The position numbers and the translations under genes are program-made. From the IMG/VR virus record IMGVR_UViG_3300025398_000029, positions 1-49,772 of that record: DNA of 49,772 bases, one strand, 5' to 3'. The notes beneath the pieces were generated by a model, which saw only the letters and a list, made by a program, of their open reading frames with translations, was not told where the DNA came from and ran no database searches. Numbering within the stretch: position 1 is the first letter of the stretch; the number at the start of each line of letters is the position of its first letter. Source of the DNA: a virus (taxonomy: Duplodnaviria; Caudoviricetes). Shown here one piece after another: positions 43,551 through 49,772 of the stretch.

Positions 43551-44120
43551 TTAGATAACGGCTGTTGTGCCCCAAAGCGATGTACCCATTGAAGTGCTAG
43601 GCTGGCTTGTGGCCGTGGTGGCCGAAGCAGAAGTAAGAGCAACGGTTTCAACCGAAAGACCAACCTCAAGCATACGAACGCTGTTGCTGTTTGAGTCGGT
43701 GCCACCAGGCATGGCCTTGTTGAGACGTCCGGTGTAAACCGTACCAGAACCCCATGCGTTACCACCGTCGTCCAAAGGCTGAACGGTAACAGCAACAATA
43801 GAGTTACCAATCAGTTGCGTTAGGTCAGACCAAATAAGGTTGTCAATTGACGTGTTCCACGCCTTAGTGATGGTAACGTCCGAGTAAGTAGGCAACGCCA
43901 AGAACGAAATCTCTGGACCCATGCCACCAGGACGGTGCTTGTTGATTGTGCTCTGAACATCGCCGCCGCTGAACTTGTCGAAAGTGACAGGGGTGTTTCC
44001 GGCCAAAATGCTTGCAAGAGTGACGCCGAGAGGTTTTGCCAGAATTGTAAGCGATACAAGAAACTGTTGTTCTGAACCGAAATACGTTGGGGTACCTGTA
44101 TTATTGTACGTTGTTGACAT
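43551..44120 (-). CDS. tail tube protein
   Basis: FDK.SGG......K.RPGGM..E, V..QPLD..G, YTG.L. Follows the sheath gene. Confidence 0.85.
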   Translation of the reverse strand: MSTTYNNTGTPTYFGSEQQFLVSLTILAKPLGVTLASILAGNTPVTFDKFSGGDVQSTINKHRPGGMGPEISFLALPTYSDVTITKAWNTSIDNLIWSDLTQLIGNSIVAVTVQPLDDGGNAWGSGTVYTGRLNKAMPGGTDSNSNSVRMLEVGLSVETVALTSASATTATSQPSTSMGTSLWGTTAVI

Positions 44121-44146
44121 GTGTTTTCCTTAGTGTCTAGTTCTAG

Positions 44147-45913
44147 TTATTGAGGAAGCGTTGCAGTGACGGCGTACTTAACAATGCTGATGTTAACGAA
44201 TTCACCAAAGGGTGACATTTTGAGGCTAACAACTGCATTGACCTGACCGGCCTGAATTGTGGCGGGAGTGTTGACCGTAGGACCAGTGTTCACAACGTAT
44301 GCCGAACCAGCGGTGGCGCCATAAAGGCTTCCGCGCAACCAATAAGCCTGGCATTGAGCGCCAAGCGCACCGGCCAACTTGCCAAACAATTGGCCCTTGG
44401 CGTCAATTTCCTGAAAGACGAATCCTTCGGCAATGGCGTCAAACTGCGAAACAACCTGCATACGGAAACGAACGTTGTTGAAGTAAATCCAAGCGGGGTT
44501 CACAGCAGCAGAACGGAATCCGTAGATGCAAATTGTGCCAACGTTTGCCACGTTACGGATAACGTTGACGCCAGCGGCATTGAGTGTTGCGCGGTCAGAC
44601 GAACCGTACAACTGCGTAAGGCCAGTCACGTAAGTGGCGTTTCCGCCCGTAATGCCAGCAGCAGGAACGTTGGCATCGTGTCCGGCGTCATTCTGAGCAA
44701 TCTTGGCAGCGGCCAAGGCAACTGGAGCAACTGTGCGCGTAAACGCATATGGGTTGGTTGTCGAAGGGTTGGTGTTTACCGTGCCAGGGGTCAAAAGCCA
44801 AGGACCAAAGAAAGCGGCGTATGAAGGGTCAACCACGGCAACGTTTGTTTGGAATGTTGTAACTGTCGAAACCAGTGTGGCGGCTGTAGCCGAGTTAGGG
44901 GCATCCAAGAGGGCAACGCGGTTGTTATTTGCAGCGTGGTTAGCAAGGCTAACGTACATGGCAGCGTTTGTGTTGCCGGGGTACGAAACCTGGCCGGGAC
45001 CATACGCTTCAGTAATCGAAGCAAGCGCGGCTGTAACGTCAGTGTCTGCAACTGCAACGTCAGTGCCACCAGTCATGTACACGGTCAAAGGCGTAACAGT
45101 GGTTGTGGGCAGTGAAGAAATCAGCGTAGCGGTAGCCGAGGCGCCGGTGACAGCAGTACCAGTTGCAGCGTTGGTCACTGTGAACTGAGTGCCGCTAGCG
45201 GTTGCAATTACAACGTTTGAAAGGTTGAATGCCGCAGTTGAAAGACCAGCAATAGTAACTGTCTGACCAGCGGAGAAAGAGTTGACAGCGGTGTATGTAA
45301 CCACGCCACCAGTAGCCGAGGCTGCTGTGACGGTAGCGGGGTTGGGGGTAACGGCAGAAGCGGTCACAAGGCCCTGATACAAGGGCAGCGAGTTCACCCA
45401 GTTGATAACATCAGTGTCGCTCGAAAGACCAGTAATCGAAGCGTTGGTAACACCGTTATAGGCAATGGTTGCGCTGTAGTTACCAGCCGAAATAAAGTTT
45501 ACGGTAAGGATAACACCAGCCGCAGATGCGCCCGAGGAGTTGGCCCATGTGCCCTTACCGCCAGCGGTAAGAGTCCAAACGCCACCAGCGGAGCCAGATG
45601 TGGCGGCAACACCGGTTGATGCGGGCTGAACGCGCACCACAAATGCCTGCATACCACCTTCGCGGAAGTACACATCAAGGGCGTCGTAAAGAGCCGTGCT
45701 GTTCATGTTGGGCAATGAGTAACGACCAGTAATTTGACCGTTAACAATTTGACCAAAAACAGAGTTGAAGTCATTCATTGACTGAATTGGAACTGGGATG
45801 TTTGCGGGACCCGCAGCGACTCCAAGCGCAAACCAGGTACCCGTAGGGTTCTGGACTGAGACATTGGATGTGTTGCTTGTCACCGTGATATTAACACCGG
45901 GGGCTTGAGCCAT
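44147..45913 (-). CDS. contractile tail sheath protein
   Basis: APGV.I, FF.EGG-like motif, GPGQV..PG, R.ALLD.P, LN.AGVN.IR, YG.R, W..G.LYG, P..E. Confidence 0.93.
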   Translation of the reverse strand: MAQAPGVNITVTSNTSNVSVQNPTGTWFALGVAAGPANIPVPIQSMNDFNSVFGQIVNGQITGRYSLPNMNSTALYDALDVYFREGGMQAFVVRVQPASTGVAATSGSAGGVWTLTAGGKGTWANSSGASAAGVILTVNFISAGNYSATIAYNGVTNASITGLSSDTDVINWVNSLPLYQGLVTASAVTPNPATVTAASATGGVVTYTAVNSFSAGQTVTIAGLSTAAFNLSNVVIATASGTQFTVTNAATGTAVTGASATATLISSLPTTTVTPLTVYMTGGTDVAVADTDVTAALASITEAYGPGQVSYPGNTNAAMYVSLANHAANNNRVALLDAPNSATAATLVSTVTTFQTNVAVVDPSYAAFFGPWLLTPGTVNTNPSTTNPYAFTRTVAPVALAAAKIAQNDAGHDANVPAAGITGGNATYVTGLTQLYGSSDRATLNAAGVNVIRNVANVGTICIYGFRSAAVNPAWIYFNNVRFRMQVVSQFDAIAEGFVFQEIDAKGQLFGKLAGALGAQCQAYWLRGSLYGATAGSAYVVNTGPTVNTPATIQAGQVNAVVSLKMSPFGEFVNISIVKYAVTATLPQ

Positions 45914-46170
45914 TAGATTTCTCCTGTTGGGCTAGTAGAAACAGTTTCCTGATTCTTAGAATTTTTGGTTTGTGTTGCGGCCTTTGGCGCTACTTCTTCT
46001 GCAACGACCGGAGGCGTTACATCGGGAACTAGGCTGGCGTGACCATTTGAGATAAGGTCCTCAATAACCGGCGTGTCGTTGACCACATGGATTTCTCCCT
46101 GCGCCATTGGTTGCCCCAAGTCGTCATAAACTACATAGTCCGACTGGATAAGAATTGTGATTTGATTCAT
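45913..46170 (-). CDS. hypothetical tail-associated protein
   Basis: Small ORF between the terminator gene and the sheath gene. Confidence 0.6.
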   Translation of the reverse strand: MNQITILIQSDYVVYDDLGQPMAQGEIHVVNDTPVIEDLISNGHASLVPDVTPPVVAEEVAPKAATQTKNSKNQETVSTSPTGEI

Positions 46171-46802
46171 AGCGATTCTTTCTGCACAGTGATATTTTTG
46201 GTCTGAGACACTGGCACGGCTGCCGGAGCAGCAACTGATGGAGTTGCAACGCCACCGTAGATGTTCATTACGTTGGCAATGGTAACAAGAAAACGAATGT
46301 GCGATACACCGGTTGTTCGAGTAGAACTGTGCTCACCTTCAAGGTATTCTTCGCCCAGCCAAATGGTTGTTTCAGCAATACCGCCAAGTGCGCGATTTTG
46401 AACCATGCAAGTTCGGAGGCACGCGGCATAAGCCTGCGTAAGCGCCTCTGTTTCTTGCCAGTCAATTGAACCGTAAATGTAGACCATTACGTCAACGTGA
46501 AAATGCGCACGAACATTGTTCTGAAAAATTTCTGGTTGACCAGCGGTTCCGGGAACGGTAACTAAAATAGCCGCCGAGGAATTCTTGGGAAGCGTGCGAT
46601 ACTCGGGACGGTGACGGTACTCAAAAGGCACCATCAAAACGTTGCTACCAAGTGCGCGGTTGAATTCAGCAATGTATGTGGGGAGCCAAGTTTGAAGAGT
46701 GTTATAAAACGCTTCTTGAACTGTGTGACCACCGTATACAGGGCCAAAGGCATCGCCAATGTCCTGCGTTGACCATTCGGTCCACCATTGCTTTGTAGCC
46801 AT
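46167..46802 (-). CDS. tail terminator / neck protein
   Basis: Position, L..WLP.Y..E, Y.AC.R..M.Q...LGG. Confidence 0.65.
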   Translation of the reverse strand: MATKQWWTEWSTQDIGDAFGPVYGGHTVQEAFYNTLQTWLPTYIAEFNRALGSNVLMVPFEYRHRPEYRTLPKNSSAAILVTVPGTAGQPEIFQNNVRAHFHVDVMVYIYGSIDWQETEALTQAYAACLRTCMVQNRALGGIAETTIWLGEEYLEGEHSSTRTTGVSHIRFLVTIANVMNIYGGVATPSVAAPAAVPVSQTKNITVQKESL

Positions 46803-47602
46803 TAGGAGCCCCTCTTACCAAGTGATTTGCCGCCAACTGTTGTTGTTTGGCGCTTGTAGGGCTTAACGCCTTCTTGCTGAATGATGTGACTTGCGCCAAA
46901 TGGCATCATGCCAGCCTTTTTGCGTTCCATTCGCTTTTCAAATTTGCGCAAATCTTCTTTGGTTGACTGCATAAGCCAAGAGTTTGAAGGAACTTTAATT
47001 TGTTCTTTTTTGATTTCTTCTGCGGTTCCGTAAAGAACGTAAAACCGAAGAATTTCATTTGCCATTTTTACAAACTTAGGTGTCATCTCAACAAAGGGAC
47101 GTCGAGGATTATTGCCCATACCAAGTTGCGCAAAAACGCCGTAGTTTTTGCCACGGCTATACTTTTCGTTTCCGCCTTCTCGGCGCGGGTCAATTATAAG
47201 TTTGACTGCTTTGTTGCCAACGTAACTCAACTCTGGGTTAGAGGCGGCTCGAGCGAGATAACCAAAGTTTAAAAGAGTCTGGTCTTGAGGGTTTCCACCC
47301 TCAGATTTTCTTTTAGCAATAGTTTTCTTGTCAGTTGGCTGCCAAACTTTTCCACCAAATGTGCTGGAATAACCATCGTGAAGAAAGCGGTCTGCTTCCA
47401 TCAAACCGAACTCAGCCGCCATTGCGTTAAATGCGGGCTCTGGGTCTTCAAGGTGAATCTTGATAAGTTCTAAACGAGCAGCAACTTCACGAAAAGCCGT
47501 TTCAGCAACTTTAGATGCGTTTGCGTTTCCGTACTGAAGTTTCTTTGGGGCTGAGCCGCCAAATGCGCCCTTTTGACCATTTGCTCTTGCGCCAACAGTC
47601 AT
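46802..47602 (-). CDS. tail completion / virion morphogenesis protein
   Basis: W.P....TI.RK, L...G.L, YG...Q.G....PRRPF. Confidence 0.7.
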   Translation of the reverse strand: MTVGARANGQKGAFGGSAPKKLQYGNANASKVAETAFREVAARLELIKIHLEDPEPAFNAMAAEFGLMEADRFLHDGYSSTFGGKVWQPTDKKTIAKRKSEGGNPQDQTLLNFGYLARAASNPELSYVGNKAVKLIIDPRREGGNEKYSRGKNYGVFAQLGMGNNPRRPFVEMTPKFVKMANEILRFYVLYGTAEEIKKEQIKVPSNSWLMQSTKEDLRKFEKRMERKKAGMMPFGASHIIQQEGVKPYKRQTTTVGGKSLGKRGS

Positions 47603-48288
47603 TAGCCGCGGACCCAGGGGCCAATCAACTTGTCAATTTGCTTTTCAATTTCATCAAGGTTCATCTCTCGACGAGTCTGTGGTTCAAACTCGAGCATGAT
47701 GAATTTGGCGGCTTGGAAAAGGCAGGCGCGTCGAAGTGATGCCGGAATGCCGTTTGTGTAGCCGCCGTCATAGATGACTTCAATACGGCTTCCCTCGGGA
47801 GCAAAAGTTCCCAAGCGAATCCATACGTGCCCGTCAGTAACGTCAGGGCCGCGAACGCCGCCGTGAAGAAAGTCAATGGGCTGGTAGTCACCGTATGTGC
47901 GAAAAATCTTCATGGACTGAATGTTGTATGTCCATAGTTCAGGGTATGCCGGTGCGCACTGGTCAAGCCAAAAGTGGCGAACAAGTGTTGAAGCACCAAG
48001 GGCAATAGCCTGTGACATACCCAATGAACCATAAATGTCCATAGGCATGTCTGCGTTATTGCCGTACTCTACGGGGTCGATTCCAAAGAGACGGTCTTGA
48101 TAAATGTGGCCCGTAAATGGAGCCAGACGACGACCAGTAATATCTTCAAGGTGAGCCGTGGCTTCAACAAGAATATCTGCAATAGTCGTTGGGTCTAAAT
48201 CAACCACCAACTCTGGGTAACGCTTTGAGAAATCGGCTACCGTGGCAAGAGCAACGGGGTCCGAATATTGTGACCCGTTATTTGCCAT
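47602..48288 (-). CDS. head-tail adaptor
   Basis: LATVADF, I.V.Y.GGY...IP..L..ACL..A, L..W.R. Confidence 0.8.
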   Translation of the reverse strand: MANNGSQYSDPVALATVADFSKRYPELVVDLDPTTIADILVEATAHLEDITGRRLAPFTGHIYQDRLFGIDPVEYGNNADMPMDIYGSLGMSQAIALGASTLVRHFWLDQCAPAYPELWTYNIQSMKIFRTYGDYQPIDFLHGGVRGPDVTDGHVWIRLGTFAPEGSRIEVIYDGGYTNGIPASLRRACLFQAAKFIMLEFEPQTRREMNLDEIEKQIDKLIGPWVRG

Positions 48289-48294
48289 GATGAC

Positions 48295-48600
48295 CTATTC
48301 CTTCGTGCGTCGCTTGGTTGATGATGCTGTTTGTAAGGCGTCTGAGAGGTCGTCTCCGACCTTTTCTTCAACGACAGGTGCCTTGGGTGCCGTCTTCTTA
48401 ACGGGGGCCTTTTCGACCACTTCCGTAAATACTTCTTCAACTTTATTTACTGCCTTTTCGACAACGTAAAAAAGTTCTCCGGGAATTGAGAGGAGTTCTT
48501 GAGCAAGTCGTGGGTGAATTTCTAAAGCACCCTCGTCACCAACTTTGTCCCAAACGTAGCCGGCAGCGCCGCCTAGTTCTTTCTTTGCTAACAAAACCAT
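48295..48600 (-). CDS. hypothetical protein after the capsid gene
   Basis: GAAAGG RBS, K/E/P-rich tail. Confidence 0.65.
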   Translation of the reverse strand: MVLLAKKELGGAAGYVWDKVGDEGALEIHPRLAQELLSIPGELFYVVEKAVNKVEEVFTEVVEKAPVKKTAPKAPVVEEKVGDDLSDALQTASSTKRRTKE

Positions 48601-48621
48601 TTCAAAACCTTTCGATAAATC

Positions 48622-48668
48622 CAACATGGCGGGCGGGGGAGGAACGAGGGGCCCCGCCCGCCATGTTG
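48622..48668 (-). terminator. 17-bp perfect hairpin after the major capsid gene
   Basis: CAACATGGCGGGCGGGG / CCCCGCCCGCCATGTTG. No long U-tract. Confidence 0.7.
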
Positions 48669-48709
48669 AAAATGTGTGCTACTTAAACCTAAGCAACCAA
48701 TTGACTAGA

Positions 48710-49771
48710 TTAGTCAACGATGAAGTTAGGCGTGTACGACGTGTTGGTCGGCGTGTAACCGTTACCAGAAGTGCTGTCGAGAGCGGCACGAACGTTGGCC
48801 AAGCGACCAATGTACTTTGGAGCACGAACGGCGAGCGTGGTGTCCGCAACAAAGGCGAACGGCAGGCTGTCGGGCGAAGCAGTGGTCGGGAACACGTTGA
48901 CAGGCTGCATCTCACGAACGTGAGGACGAACAATGTAGTTCGGGTCACGTGACATGAGGTAGATGCTCTGCTCGCCGTTAGACGTCAGCGGGTTAAGACC
49001 CGGGTTGGCGTAGTAGTACGAGGTGGGAGCGGTGCCAATAGCGTGCGTACCGTCGTTGGGGACAAGGGCAGAGCCTGTGTCGGTGATGACGGTTGTAGGC
49101 CAAATGTTACCAGTGCTGTCGGTGTAGAACGCGTCAACCATACCGATAAGGGTAAAGTTGGTGTTCACGCTCTGCGAGCCACCAGCGGCGGTGCGGTAAA
49201 CCTTGTAGTGCGTAGGCTGCGAACCTTCAGGACCCGTGGGGGTCGAGAAAGACAACTTAACACCACCGGTCGAAGGAGCGGCAGAAGCAGCAGTCGAGCC
49301 CTGGATTTCACCAAAACGAGCAATGACGGGAGCCACAACGTAACCGTAGGTACCGTTCAAAGTACCAGTGATTCCGGAAATAGTCGTTGTGACTGCGCCC
49401 ATCTTGTTGGTACGAGGAGCCAAGAACGAAGACTTGACAATGGGAACGCCACGGTAGGTGGGAACAATCAGACCCGAAGCAATCTCAACCTGGTCAACGA
49501 AACGCTGCTGGTTGACAAGCAACTGCGAAAGGCGGCTGTTGGCAGCGGGCGACATGAGGAACATCCATTCGGAGTTCTCCACGGGCTCGGCAACGTTGCT
49601 TTCCACGAGGTCGATGAGAAGGTCAAGCGAACCAAGAGCAAGGTTCCCACCAGCCATGTTGATGGCGTTTTGGTCAACACCGTCAGTCCATGGGTTGTAC
49701 GAAGCGCCAGCCCAACCAGTCGAGCCAGAGGCACCACCGTAGTTGTCGATTGTACCGCCACCAATACCCTG
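48710..49771 (-). CDS. major capsid protein (partial, HK97 fold) with inserted Ig/FN3-like domain
   Basis: Frame open to the window edge. L..LD.LID.V, MSP.....L..LL, V.TY.GVPI, C-terminal D..LAV..P. Strong C-ending codon bias. Confidence 0.8.
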   Translation of the reverse strand, partial: QGIGGGTIDNYGGASGSTGWAGASYNPWTDGVDQNAINMAGGNLALGSLDLLIDLVESNVAEPVENSEWMFLMSPAANSRLSQLLVNQQRFVDQVEIASGLIVPTYRGVPIVKSSFLAPRTNKMGAVTTTISGITGTLNGTYGYVVAPVIARFGEIQGSTAASAAPSTGGVKLSFSTPTGPEGSQPTHYKVYRTAAGGSQSVNTNFTLIGMVDAFYTDSTGNIWPTTVITDTGSALVPNDGTHAIGTAPTSYYYANPGLNPLTSNGEQSIYLMSRDPNYIVRPHVREMQPVNVFPTTASPDSLPFAFVADTTLAVRAPKYIGRLANVRAALDSTSGNGYTPTNTSYTPNFIVD

Positions 49772-49772
49772 C

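Noticed and set aside
43535-43810. Overlapping alternative-frame ORF as a frameshifted tube extension
   Set aside because: No slippery site identified, and the sequence looks like an off-frame translation.
21855-45913. Extracellular contractile injection system or tailocin
   Set aside because: Capsid, head-tail adaptor, long tape measure and replication genes show a complete phage.
1-49772. tRNAs, introns/inteins, integrase, alternative genetic code
   Set aside because: No cloverleaf or T-loop pattern noticed by eye. RecA and the helicase are of normal length. Genes tile densely under the standard code. tRNAscan/Infernal would be needed to fully exclude RNA genes.

Overview
This window is about 50 kb of a tailed dsDNA phage genome with a contractile (myovirus-type) tail. 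The host is very probably an Actinomycetota member, given two WhiB genes, an Rpf-like enzyme, an actinobacterial-style SSB and RecA, and a DUF2746-like membrane protein. From left to right it holds: (1) the end of a rightward small-gene arm and a structured, repeat-rich non-coding junction (~460-900); (2) a leftward cluster of small accessory genes, including GroES and four tandem, translationally coupled paralogs of a Cys/His 'REKH..CxxC..YPCDV' family; (3) a rightward 4-gene cassette with its own promoter and terminator; (4) TerS-like, WhiB, Rpf, Ntn-protease, helicase and initiator genes, with a probable origin inside the initiator; (5) a rightward recombination operon (RecA, LexA-like HTH, YqaJ, ERF, SSB, HNH, WhiB); (6) a long leftward late region that runs from the major capsid protein (truncated at the right edge) through neck, sheath, tube, frameshifted tail chaperones, tape measure, baseplate, collagen-like fibres and lysis genes. 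Inside the tail-fibre block sit a sulfotransferase, an APS kinase and a glycosyltransferase-methyltransferase fusion, which together are a candidate virion glycosylation/sulfation system. No tRNA, rRNA, CRISPR array, integrase or reverse transcriptase was seen. All calls come from motif recognition by eye; no database search was run.
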